Origin: Desulfobacterales bacterium
Lineage (GTDB): Bacteria; Desulfobacterota; Desulfobacteria; Desulfobacterales; UBA5852
Assembly: GCA_963674755.2 (NCBI GenBank)
Contig: CAXXVS010000001.1
Span: 128,001 to 192,000 of the forward strand
Reading direction: 5' to 3'
Length of the DNA: 64,000 nucleotides
Position 1 is the stretch's first letter. Every line of letters begins with the position of its first letter. Positions 21,881-31,352 of this stretch are shown piece by piece. Both the position numbers and the translations under genes were made by a program. Below the pieces are notes generated by a model, which worked only from the letters and a program-made list of their open reading frames with translations, was not told the origin of the DNA and did no database searches.

Positions 21881-22915
21881 TTACGGGGTATTGCCGCAGA
21901 AACCCGTGGCACCCCAGTGATGCCGCGCCAGACGCAATTGGCCTTCGGCGTTGCTCAGACGGGGATCCTGGTGGTGTTCGATCAGGACCACCTCGCCTTT
22001 GATCAGCGGGGCCATATCTTCCGCCAGGTCAGCGGCCCCACCCCCGGTCAAAAGAACGCTTTCCAGATCCCAGTCTTCCCTGAGGAAGGCGTTGATGCGA
22101 TCCCCCAGCGCGGCGGCCAGCCACCGATAGGTTGTATCCCGCAGGGGCTGCAAATTGTACTCCTGGTCCCCGATCCGGATAAAGCCCCGGCGAATGGCTT
22201 TTAAGAGGTGCCGCAGGCCGGGCGGCGGTGCGCTGGTTTGGCCAAGCTTGGCCGCGATGGCCTCGATGCCGTCGGCCATGCCCATCTCGATGGTGCCGCT
22301 GCCCCGGTTGCCGGAAAGCGCCGCCGTCATGACCATGACGTCGGTGGTGCGGAAGCCGATGTCCACCAGGACGACTTTGCTTTCGCGGTAGGGAGAGGAT
22401 CGCAGATAGCCCCTGTCATTCATGATCAAGGTGGCAAACGTGCCCAGCGGGTGCGGGACAACGCGCACCCTGCGGATGTGGATGTTTTTACGGACACAGC
22501 ACCCGTCGGGTTGGTAGATCCCGATTTTATGGTAGCCCGTGAGACGCTCCGTAAGCAGCTCTTGCCAATGTCGGGCAAGGGATACCGGTAGACCGATCAT
22601 CAGGTGCAGCGGGCGTTCCTGTTCGGAGAAGGCGGCGATGGCCGTCAGGGCCAGATACTTGCCGAACGTATCGAACAACCGCTCGGGTCGGCGGGCAAAA
22701 TCTTCGAGAAAGGCGGCGCCCGTATCGTCGCCTACCCGAAAGTCACCATCTTCGAGCGCAATGTCGAAGCCCCCCTCCGCCGGCTGGCCGGCACTACCGG
22801 GGAAGGGCAGACCCCGGCGCAGGCTGGAGGGGAAGATGACCGTCCGCTGGCCGTCGAGGCATTTGGTGAAGCCGAAGCCGATATCGAGACCGAGCAGTTT
22901 GGGTTGGCGGTTCAT
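21881..22915 (-). CDS. ParM/StbA family actin-like ATPase
   Basis: Phosphate-1 GLDIGFGFTK, phosphate-2 VDIGFRTTD, adenosine LLTGGGA, terminal SNAEG. Confidence 0.85.
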   Translation of the reverse strand: MNRQPKLLGLDIGFGFTKCLDGQRTVIFPSSLRRGLPFPGSAGQPAEGGFDIALEDGDFRVGDDTGAAFLEDFARRPERLFDTFGKYLALTAIAAFSEQERPLHLMIGLPVSLARHWQELLTERLTGYHKIGIYQPDGCCVRKNIHIRRVRVVPHPLGTFATLIMNDRGYLRSSPYRESKVVLVDIGFRTTDVMVMTAALSGNRGSGTIEMGMADGIEAIAAKLGQTSAPPPGLRHLLKAIRRGFIRIGDQEYNLQPLRDTTYRWLAAALGDRINAFLREDWDLESVLLTGGGAADLAEDMAPLIKGEVVLIEHHQDPRLSNAEGQLRLARHHWGATGFCGNTP

Positions 22916-22959
22916 GGGGAATGCGCATCCAGATTCAGGGGCGGGATCTTAAAGCCGTG

Positions 22960-23613
22960 TCAAAATCCCAGGTCCTCATTGATCAGGACGATTTTTACCC
23001 GCTGCTTGGGGTAGGCCTTTTCCGTTATGGTCCAGGTGTTGCAGATACGATCCGGGCTGCTGCAGTCCTGGCAGAAGGAAGTGGTCCGGCAGGGCGTTTT
23101 TTTGTCCAGACGCATGGTATTTACCGGCGCGGCGTAGGTTTTGATGCGGTCCCAGGCAGCTTCCAGATCGGGGACGATTTTGTTGCGGCCCGCCAGCACC
23201 ACCACGAAGCGCGGGCCGAAGGTCAGCCCGGCGACGCGGTTGCCGATCATGTCCAGGTTGACGAGATGGCCGCCTTCGGTCACGGCGTTGGTGCTGGTGA
23301 AAAACAGATCCACCAGCAGGGCCTGGCGCCGCTGTTCCATCTTGTCGCTGTCGGACAGGGTGGTGTCATAGGTGTCGATAACGGTTATCTCCGCCATGTC
23401 CCGCAGCTGTTTGTAAAGACCGCATTCCACGAAAGTCCGCGATCCCCCCCAGGACATGCTGGCCGGTTGGACGGCCGGCAGGATTTCTTCCGTCACGATG
23501 CGGGCGGCATCCTCCCGCCGTGGGGCCAGGTGGACCTCAAAATTATTCTTCTCCAGAACGGTTTTCAGGTGTTCCAAACGCAGCTGCCAGTAATTTTCAA
23601 TCGATTTGTCCAT
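22960..23613 (-). CDS. LUD/lactate-utilisation domain protein
   Basis: GGSRT, TSTNAVTEGG.LVNLD..GNRVA, GRNKIV, C-terminal Cys cluster. Confidence 0.85.
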   Translation of the reverse strand: MDKSIENYWQLRLEHLKTVLEKNNFEVHLAPRREDAARIVTEEILPAVQPASMSWGGSRTFVECGLYKQLRDMAEITVIDTYDTTLSDSDKMEQRRQALLVDLFFTSTNAVTEGGHLVNLDMIGNRVAGLTFGPRFVVVLAGRNKIVPDLEAAWDRIKTYAAPVNTMRLDKKTPCRTTSFCQDCSSPDRICNTWTITEKAYPKQRVKIVLINEDLGF

Positions 23614-23805
23614 TCCGTGACTCCTGTTTAATCAGAGGATGATGATGGGGAAGCGGCCTCTCTGTGCAGACGGTGCCCGCCTTACCGGCGGGGTTGACGA
23701 AAACCGCCTGCATGGCAACAATGGATTATTAGTGCCGACAAAAATTGCCCCTCTTCTGTATGGGCTAACCAAGGGATGGGTCAACTGTAAAATGAGGAGG
23801 ACATC

Positions 23806-24765
23806 ATGCCGCTGCGAACACTAGGCCACACGGACATTGCCATATCCCCCATCATCATGGGCACCTGGCAGGCGGGCCGTGACATGTGGACCGATATCGA
23901 CGACGCCGCAACGACGCGCGCCATCCAGGCGGCCGTCGACAACGGCCTCAACACCATCGATACGGCCCCGGTTTACGGCAAGGGGCATTCGGAGCGGGTG
24001 ATCGCCAAAGCCGTGGGCCGCCGCCGCAGCCAAGTGGTGATTGCCACCAAGGTTTTCGCCAACGAACTGGCGCATGATCAAGTTCTGGCCGCCTGCGAAC
24101 GTTCCCTGAAAAACCTGGGCAGCGACTACATCGATTTGTACCAGATCCATTGGCCATCCGGCGCCTTCGGCAGTCCCGTGGTCCCCATCGAGGAAACCAT
24201 GCAGGCTTTAAACCGCCTGAAGGACCAGGGTAAGATCCGGGCGATCGGCGTTTCCAATTTTTCGCGCGACCAGCTTCAGGAAGCCATGGCCTATGGTGCG
24301 ATTGAAAGTCTGCAGCCGCCCTATTCGTTGTTCTGGCGGCATGTGGAGAAGGACGCCATGCCCCTTTGTACGGCCCAGGGGCTTTCGGTGCTGGCCTACT
24401 CGCCCATGGCCCAGGGGCTTCTCACCGGCAAGTTCGGACCCGACCACCAGTTCAAGCGGGGTGACCATCGGCGCGCCAACCGTCTGTTCCAGGAGCCGGT
24501 TTTTACAAAGGCGCAGGCGGCGCTGGAAACGTTGCGCCCCGTCGCCGATCGGCACGGGATCACCCTGGGCCAGCTGGCCCTGGCCTGGGTCGCCGCCCAG
24601 CCCGGTACCTGCGCCATTGCCGGCGCCCGCAATGAAACGCAAGTGATGGAAAATGCCAGGGCCATGTCGGTGTCCCTATCCTCCGAAGATCTGGCGGAAA
24701 TGGACCGCATCAGTCGCACCGTAACGGATGCTTTGGACGACAACCCCGTGCTCTGGAAATGGTAG
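23806..24765 (+). CDS. Aldo/keto reductase
   Basis: IDTAPVYG, IATK, DLYQIHWP, IGVSNF, YSPMAQG. Confidence 0.95.
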   Translation: MPLRTLGHTDIAISPIIMGTWQAGRDMWTDIDDAATTRAIQAAVDNGLNTIDTAPVYGKGHSERVIAKAVGRRRSQVVIATKVFANELAHDQVLAACERSLKNLGSDYIDLYQIHWPSGAFGSPVVPIEETMQALNRLKDQGKIRAIGVSNFSRDQLQEAMAYGAIESLQPPYSLFWRHVEKDAMPLCTAQGLSVLAYSPMAQGLLTGKFGPDHQFKRGDHRRANRLFQEPVFTKAQAALETLRPVADRHGITLGQLALAWVAAQPGTCAIAGARNETQVMENARAMSVSLSSEDLAEMDRISRTVTDALDDNPVLWKW

Positions 24766-24947
24766 ATGCAGCCTCCTGAACGCCAATTTAAAGGACGAAG
24801 CGTGTTCAAACGGATTGGGGCGCTTTGGGTGCGGGCTTAGTTGCCAGCGGGAAAAGGCCTCTTTCCCGATAGGGCGAATCACAAGCATCAATTGGCCTGG
24901 AGTCCGGTCGCGGTGGTTTCGGCAATGCCCCGACCGTCGCAGCGGAC

Positions 24948-25769
24948 CTACTGTCCGGTGAACTTCGGCGGCCGCTTTTCCATGAAAGCCGTGAAGGCCT
25001 CCATCAGATCCTGGGAGGGTACGATATCGGCGCTCACCGCGGCCACGTAGCGCAACCCGTCCGCCACGCTTTTACCGACACCGTAGTTGAGTACCGTTTT
25101 GCTGGCTTCCACGGCCAGGGGCGCGTTGGCGGCGATTTCCATGGCCATGGCCTCGGCCCCGGCCAGGAGGGCGGCCTGATCGTCAAAGATCGCGTTGACC
25201 AGCAGAATTTCACGGGCGCGCCGGGCATCGATGGTTTTGGCGGTATAGGCCAGCTCCCGGGTGATGCCCTGTCCCACGATCAGGGGCAGGCGCTGCAATA
25301 CGCCCACGTCCGCCACGAAACCCACGGCCGCTTCCTTGAGGCAGAAGACGGCGTCCCGGGAGCACAGGCGGATGTCGCAGGCCGTTACCATGTCGAGTCC
25401 GGCGCCGATGCAATAGCCGTGAATGGCTGCGATGACCGGTTTGCGGCAGCGTTCGATGCAGGTCATGGTCTCCTGCAGGGCGGCAATTTTCTTCAGCAGC
25501 CGCCACTTGATGCCGCCCATTTGATTCTTTTCCAGAATTTCCGGCAGCTCGCCCGTCATTTCCACCAGATCGATGCCCACCGAGAAGCAGGGCCCGTTGG
25601 CCGCCAGAATGACGACCCGGATTTCCGGGTCCTGATCGAGGGCTTCGAACAGCGGCGGCGCTTCCCGCCAGGCGGGCGGGTTCATGGCGTTCTTCTTTGC
25701 CGGTCGGTTGAGGCGTACCCAGGCGATGGGGGCTTTCTTTTCGAGGGTGTAAAAGGTGTTGGCGGGCAT
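24948..25769 (-). CDS. Enoyl-CoA hydratase/isomerase (crotonase) family
   Basis: LNRPAKKNAM, KPVIAAIHGYCIGAG, AFMEKRPPKF; ATG 25769 follows AGGAG. Confidence 0.93.
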   Translation of the reverse strand: MPANTFYTLEKKAPIAWVRLNRPAKKNAMNPPAWREAPPLFEALDQDPEIRVVILAANGPCFSVGIDLVEMTGELPEILEKNQMGGIKWRLLKKIAALQETMTCIERCRKPVIAAIHGYCIGAGLDMVTACDIRLCSRDAVFCLKEAAVGFVADVGVLQRLPLIVGQGITRELAYTAKTIDARRAREILLVNAIFDDQAALLAGAEAMAMEIAANAPLAVEASKTVLNYGVGKSVADGLRYVAAVSADIVPSQDLMEAFTAFMEKRPPKFTGQ

Positions 25770-25981
25770 GAGGGGTCTCCTTAGGGGCGTGTTCGATGAT
25801 TGGCCTACCATATTTTCCCTGAATATAGCGGATATTGCCAAGTCCTGCCAGCTCTATCGAAGGGACAATTGCAAAGCCCCGTGCTTCCTGATATGGGAGG
25901 CGGTCAGAAAATCGTCCAGGCTCCCCGGCAGCGGTTGCCGGGGTGTAACGGTCAGCCAGATGAGGAAGCGGGCAGAGCGAT

Positions 25982-26842
25982 ATGGATATCTACTACGTCG
26001 ACGGTGAATTTGTCCCGGCCGACCGGGCGGTCATACCGGTCGACGATTTGGCGGTATTGCGGGGCTTGGGTGCTTTTGAATTGCTGCGCACGTATAACGG
26101 CCTGCCCTTTGCCCTGGCGGAGCATCTTCAGCGGCTGCAGCATTCGGTCCACAAGATGGGATTGTCGCTGCCTTGGCGCCAGGCCGAACTGATCCGGATC
26201 GTCCTGGAGACCCTGCAACGCAACCAGGCCAATGCGCATCCCGAGTCCAACATCCGCATTATCGTCACCGCCGGGTCCAGCCCTGATTTCATGACGCCCC
26301 AGGCCAAACCGCGGCTTCTGGTGCTGGTTTCGGAGATGCCCCGTCAACCGGAGGTCTGGTACACCGAGGGAATCAAGATCACCACCATGCAAAGCCGCCG
26401 GATTCTTCCAGGGGCTAAAAGCATCAACTATCTTTCCGCCACGCTGGCCATGCAAAAGGCCCGCGCCCAGGGAGCGGTGGAATCGGTCTATGTCGATCAC
26501 AGCGGACTGGTTTACGAGTGCACCACCAGTAATATTTTTATTTTCAAGGGCCCGCACCTGATTACCCCGGGGCGTCGCATTCTCTCCGGCATCACCCGGA
26601 GTTTTCTCCTGGAACTCGCCAAGGATTTTTTTGAGGTGACGGTCCGGGATGTGAGCCTGAAAGAGCTTAAAGGGGCGGACGAAGTTTTCATCACCGGAAC
26701 CAATAAAGGCGTCGTCCCGGTGGTCCAGGTGGATGATGCCACGATCGGCAGCGGCCGGCCCGGCCGGCACACCCAAACGCTTATTCAGGCCATGGGCGAA
26801 CGCGCCGCATCCCATGTTTCCGGCGTGGTCTATACGGCCTGA
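25982..26842 (+). CDS. PLP-dependent aminotransferase class IV
   Basis: RGLGAFE, HLQRL, AKSINY, ECTTSNIF, ILSGITR. Confidence 0.92.
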   Translation: MDIYYVDGEFVPADRAVIPVDDLAVLRGLGAFELLRTYNGLPFALAEHLQRLQHSVHKMGLSLPWRQAELIRIVLETLQRNQANAHPESNIRIIVTAGSSPDFMTPQAKPRLLVLVSEMPRQPEVWYTEGIKITTMQSRRILPGAKSINYLSATLAMQKARAQGAVESVYVDHSGLVYECTTSNIFIFKGPHLITPGRRILSGITRSFLLELAKDFFEVTVRDVSLKELKGADEVFITGTNKGVVPVVQVDDATIGSGRPGRHTQTLIQAMGERAASHVSGVVYTA

Positions 26843-26922
26843 GCCATACCAATCCGGCGTTGCGGGATCTCGTAGCGATCCGTGACCCATCTTAAGACGC
26901 CAGCAAGCACCAGGAGGAACCA

Positions 26923-27897
26923 ATGTCAAACGATTCGATATACGACCTGGCCATCGTGGGCGGAGGCCCCGGCGGCTTATCCGCCGGCATTTACGCCATG
27001 CGCGCCGCCCTCAAAACCGTTCTCATCGAGAAAGGCGCGGCCGGCGGGCAGGTCAACATGTCCGACGAAGTGGAGAATTACCCCGGATTCGTTCATACCA
27101 GCGGGGCCGAGCTTTCCATGAAATTTGTTCAACATGTCGAATCCTATGATATGGAAATGCGCAGCCAGGAAGTGACCGAAATCGAGCCCGGACTGGATTG
27201 GCACCGGATCCGGCTGGATGACGGGCAGGTCCTGAACACCCATGCCGTGATCATGGCCACCGGCGGCAGTCCCCGCAAGCTGGGCATCCCCGGCGAAGAT
27301 GCCCATTACGGCCGGGGGGTTTCCTATTGTGCCGTGTGTGACGGGTTCTTTTTCCGGGACAAGACCGTCGTCGTGGTGGGCGGCGGCGACACGGCCGCGG
27401 AAGAGGCCCTTTATCTGGCCAAGCTGGCCAAGAAGGTCTACCTGGCCCATCGCCGGGACGAGTTGCGGGCCAGCAAGATCCTGCAAAAACGCGTGTTGAA
27501 TGACTGCAAGATCGAGGTGTTGTGGAACACGGTCCTGACGGCGATCAACGCCGACGAAAGCGGCGTGACGGCCGTGGGACTCAAGGACACCCAAACCGCC
27601 GAAGAACGCCCGCTGGATGTGGACGGGGTCTTCATCTTCATTGGATTTGTGCCCAACAATCATATCGTGCCGGCCGGCATCAAGCTGAATGCCGAGGGCT
27701 ACGTGGTGACCGACGACAGGTGCGAGACGGCCATCAGGGGCATTTTCGCCATCGGCGACTTGCGGGAGAAAGCCTTTCGCCAGATCGTGATTTCGGCTGC
27801 GGATGGATCGGTGGCTGCGCTGGCTTCGGCCCATTACGTGGAAATGCGCAAAGAAAGCCCCGAAACGTGTGAAATGCCGGCCGATCTCTTGACCTGA
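26923..27897 (+). CDS. trxB: Thioredoxin-disulfide reductase
   Basis: GGGPGG, GVSYCAVCDG, GGGDTAAEEA, HRRDELRA, AIGD. Confidence 0.95.
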   Translation: MSNDSIYDLAIVGGGPGGLSAGIYAMRAALKTVLIEKGAAGGQVNMSDEVENYPGFVHTSGAELSMKFVQHVESYDMEMRSQEVTEIEPGLDWHRIRLDDGQVLNTHAVIMATGGSPRKLGIPGEDAHYGRGVSYCAVCDGFFFRDKTVVVVGGGDTAAEEALYLAKLAKKVYLAHRRDELRASKILQKRVLNDCKIEVLWNTVLTAINADESGVTAVGLKDTQTAEERPLDVDGVFIFIGFVPNNHIVPAGIKLNAEGYVVTDDRCETAIRGIFAIGDLREKAFRQIVISAADGSVAALASAHYVEMRKESPETCEMPADLLT

Positions 27898-27974
27898 CTC
27901 CCTCCCGGCGCGATCCCCCGGTCGTGGATCGCCCGGTCCTGGCCTGAATCGCCCGGGTCCTGAAAGGTACGGCC

Positions 27975-29063
27975 ATGAAAACGGGCCAATGGCTGGCCAT
28001 GGGGCTTCTGCTGGTGGGGCTGCCCCCGGTGGGGGTGCTCCTGGCCGGGGACTCCCTGGCACCCTATTTCGAATTCCCGCCGCGGTCGCCATTCATTGCC
28101 CACGCCCCCTTTTCCTGGGGGGCTTTCGGCCTGATCGGACTGCTGGTGGCGGCCAGTGCGGCGCCCCTGGTCACGGCCTTCATGTCATCGCGACCCCGGA
28201 TGGCGCCGCCGTCTCACCGTTTTCCCTGGTGGGGATGGGTGGGCGTCTTTGGCGGCCTCACGGCCTGGATCCTGGCCTGGACCCGTTTCACCTGGTTCGC
28301 CGGCCTCCAGCCCCACACGTTCCCCTTGCTCTGGGGTGCCTTCATTCTGGTGATCAACGGTCTTACCCGGCGCCGCACAGGGTCCTGTCTCCTGATCGCC
28401 CGTCCCGGCGCGTTTGCCGGGCTTTTTCCAGCCAGCGCCATCTTCTGGTGGCTGTTCGAGTACCTCAACCGCTTTGTGCAAAACTGGCATTACAGCGGCG
28501 CCGACTACCCGCCGGGTACCTATTTCATCCTGGCCACCCTCTCCTTTGCCACGGTGCTGCCGGCGGTGCTGTCGACCCGGGACTGGCTGCTGTCGTTTCC
28601 GGCCGTGCACGACGTTCTGCGCGGCCGGCGGCTGCCGGCTGTTTGCGTTTCCCGGGGGGCGGCCCGCGCCGCCCTGGCGGCGGCCGGCCTGGGCCTGGTG
28701 TTGACGGGGGCCGCACCGAACTATGGCTTTCCCTTTTTGTGGCTGGCCCCTCTGGTGATCATGCTGGCGCTGCAGGTGCAGACCGGTCGCTGTCCTCTCC
28801 TGAAAGACGCCTGCCGGGGGCGCTGGGAACGGATCGCGGCGGCGGCCCTGGCCGGACTGGTATGCGGATTTTTCTGGGAGATGTGGAATTTCGGCAGCCT
28901 GGCCCATTGGTCCTACAGCGTGCCTTTCGTGAACCGCTTTCACCTTTTCGCCATGCCCCTGCTGGGGTATGCGGGCTACCTGCCGTTCGGCCTGGAGTGC
29001 GCCCTGATCGGGGATGCCATCCTGTCCACGGGACGCAGCAAAGATGCTGCCCTTGATGGATAG
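27975..29063 (+). CDS. Conserved multi-pass membrane protein
   Basis: Many hydrophobic segments; WWLFEYLN..VQNWHY and GFFWEMWN..S...W.Y repeated motifs. Confidence 0.75.
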   Translation: MKTGQWLAMGLLLVGLPPVGVLLAGDSLAPYFEFPPRSPFIAHAPFSWGAFGLIGLLVAASAAPLVTAFMSSRPRMAPPSHRFPWWGWVGVFGGLTAWILAWTRFTWFAGLQPHTFPLLWGAFILVINGLTRRRTGSCLLIARPGAFAGLFPASAIFWWLFEYLNRFVQNWHYSGADYPPGTYFILATLSFATVLPAVLSTRDWLLSFPAVHDVLRGRRLPAVCVSRGAARAALAAAGLGLVLTGAAPNYGFPFLWLAPLVIMLALQVQTGRCPLLKDACRGRWERIAAAALAGLVCGFFWEMWNFGSLAHWSYSVPFVNRFHLFAMPLLGYAGYLPFGLECALIGDAILSTGRSKDAALDG

Positions 29064-29598
29064 TAAGCTTTGGATCACCTTCCTGCCGGTTACCCCAATA
29101 TCTTGATGCCCATGTTGACAAGATACCCCATATCGTGTAGTCAGCAGCCCAATAGTACCTCTTTGAACCACCTTTCCATTGCACTTCACCGAGGATTGGC
29201 ATTGTATATGGATGATTTTGACGACGGCATTGGGTTTTTTTCCGAGGACGTCCGGGGCATCGCAGGATCGTTGTGGCAGGTACCGGCCTTTACCTGCCGG
29301 CCCTTTTCCCATCCAGCCGACGCCGCCGCAACTTGCGCGGCAACCGCCTGCCGGTCCCCGCTTGTAAAGCCTGCCTCGCGTCTTATCTTCACCCCCTGGG
29401 TATTTGGGAAGTCCATGCGCACCGTTATGCCGGCATGACGATGCACCAATGGACGGGTTCTGACCTTTGACCCGACCCAGGTGACCTTCAAACGGTTCCG
29501 CAATTGCAGCTGCTCCGGCCCGGTGAAAAATTGAAGCGGATGGCGGGGATTAAAATGGGGCCTATGCCCGGCTCTAAAATCTTATCGGATGACTGACC

Positions 29599-29790
29599 AT
29601 GGCGTTTGAATCGATACCCGGCATCGAGGGCAAAGTCTTTGTCCCGGATAAGGATTCCGGGGAAGGCAAGCATCCCTGCCCGGATTGCTATGCCTGCCAA
29701 CATTGCAGCGACGATCGCTGCCGGCTGTGTCGTTCAGACCGTTCATCGCCGGCTCCCTGCCCCCAAGACCATTGCCGGACCGGCGGCTGA
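29599..29790 (+). CDS. Small cysteine-rich protein
   Basis: 63 aa with CPDCYACQHCSDDRCRLC cluster. Confidence 0.6.
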   Translation: MAFESIPGIEGKVFVPDKDSGEGKHPCPDCYACQHCSDDRCRLCRSDRSSPAPCPQDHCRTGG

Positions 29791-29912
29791 TGCCGGGTTC
29801 TCCCCGTTGACAGTCCCGCCTGAAGCCCTATCTTTGGTCTGCTCGACATACGTCAAACTGGAAAACCCCATGCGGTGGGGTTGGATTCATAGGTGGTAAA
29901 GGAGGATCGAAG

Positions 29913-30110
29913 ATGAAACGTTCTACCTGCTATTTCGAACGCGTTTCCAATATTGGGGTAGGATCGGCGCTCTTGCTGATCGCACTGGGATTTGTGGTCA
30001 TTACCGTGACGATTCTGCCGCCTTTCGGCCTGCTGGTGGCCGTGCCCGTGATGGGGCTGGCAACCCTCTTTCTTTTCGCCCGGCGCAGCCGGGAGTGCCG
30101 CCTATCGTGA
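29913..30110 (+). CDS. Small membrane protein
   Basis: Strong RBS AAAGGAGG; two TM segments; upstream TTGACA(29807)-16 bp-TATCTT; downstream terminator. Confidence 0.7.
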   Translation: MKRSTCYFERVSNIGVGSALLLIALGFVVITVTILPPFGLLVAVPVMGLATLFLFARRSRECRLS

Positions 30111-30136
30111 ACCGATGGGCATACATTAAACCACAC

Positions 30137-30175
30137 AACAAACACCCGGGTCTCTATGCCCGGGTGTTTGTTTTT
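30137..30175. terminator. Intrinsic terminator, probably bidirectional
   Basis: AACAAACACCCGGG / CCCGGGTGTTTGTT stem with T-tail, between convergent genes. Confidence 0.8.
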
Positions 30176-30188
30176 GGAAAGCGCTAAA

Positions 30189-31127
30189 TCAGCGGTTGGC
30201 CATCCGGTCCCAGAATGCCTTGCCGCTGTCCAGGGAGGTTGAAGACGGCTTTCCCGACCCCGGGGGCGGCGGTGGTGCGTTGGACGGCGTCGTACCCCGC
30301 AGGCGGGCGATGCGCTCCTCGATGGGCGGATGGGTGGAGAAGAGGCTCCGGAAACTGCGCCCGGACAGCGGGTTGACGATGAACATGTGGGCCGTGGACG
30401 GGTTGGCCTGCATGGGGAGCTGCTTGCTGTAACCCCCCAGCTTTTCAAGAGCCGCCGCCAGACCGTCCGGCCGTCCGGCGATGGCCGCTCCGGTGGCGTC
30501 GGCCTGGTATTCGCGGGAGCGCGAAACCGCCATCTGGATGATCATGGCCCCGATGGGCGCCAGCAGGGACATCACGATCAGGCCGATGCCGCCCAGACCG
30601 CCCTCGTCGTCGCCGCGGCCGCCGCCGAAAATGGCGGACCAGCGGGCCATGGTGGCCAGCATCATCACGGCGCCGGCCATGGTGGCGGCGACGGTGCCGA
30701 TGAGGATGTCGCGATTCTTGACGTGGCCCAGTTCATGGGCCAGAACACCCTCGATTTCGGCCGGCGCCATCAGGCGCAGGAGGCCTTCGGTGACCGCCAC
30801 CACGGCGTGGTCCGGGTTGCGTCCCGTGGCAAAGGCATTGGGCGCCTCCTGGGGGATGATGTAAACCCGGGGCATGGGCAAACCGGCATTGCGGCTGAGA
30901 CGCTGCACCGTGGCGACCAATTCCGGTGCCTGGGAGGCATCGACTTCCCGGGCGCGGTACATGCGCAAGACCATGCGATCCGAAAACCAGTAGCTGAAAA
31001 AGTTCATGGCGCCGGCCAGCAGAAAGGCCAGAATCATGCCCTGCTGGCCACCCAGCAGGCGGCCGATGAAGATGATGAACACCGTCATGGCGGTCAGCAG
31101 CAGGGCGGTTTTAAATTGATTTCCCAT
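30189..31127 (-). CDS. htpX: Zinc metalloprotease HtpX
   Basis: [31 protein letters not shown]. Confidence 0.95.
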   Translation of the reverse strand: MGNQFKTALLLTAMTVFIIFIGRLLGGQQGMILAFLLAGAMNFFSYWFSDRMVLRMYRAREVDASQAPELVATVQRLSRNAGLPMPRVYIIPQEAPNAFATGRNPDHAVVAVTEGLLRLMAPAEIEGVLAHELGHVKNRDILIGTVAATMAGAVMMLATMARWSAIFGGGRGDDEGGLGGIGLIVMSLLAPIGAMIIQMAVSRSREYQADATGAAIAGRPDGLAAALEKLGGYSKQLPMQANPSTAHMFIVNPLSGRSFRSLFSTHPPIEERIARLRGTTPSNAPPPPPGSGKPSSTSLDSGKAFWDRMANR

Positions 31128-31352
31128 GGTTACGATTCCTCCGTTGCCCTCAGTTTGACAGAGGGGCTGATGTCATTTTGAGCTATAAAATAGGAATTGC
31201 CTTTGTGAAAGGCAAGTTCAGGCGGCGCAGCGCGGCAAATGCTTGCCAAGATGCGGCCGCTCTGGTAGTTAGCGGCGATTGGAACCGGTGGGCGCGCTGC
31301 CGTGAGAGAATCCCGGTCCCTAACACCATGCGACGAGGAGAACACGAGGACC

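Noticed and set aside
29070..29590. Short ORFs or a riboswitch in this gap
   Set aside because: No recognisable protein or RNA motif
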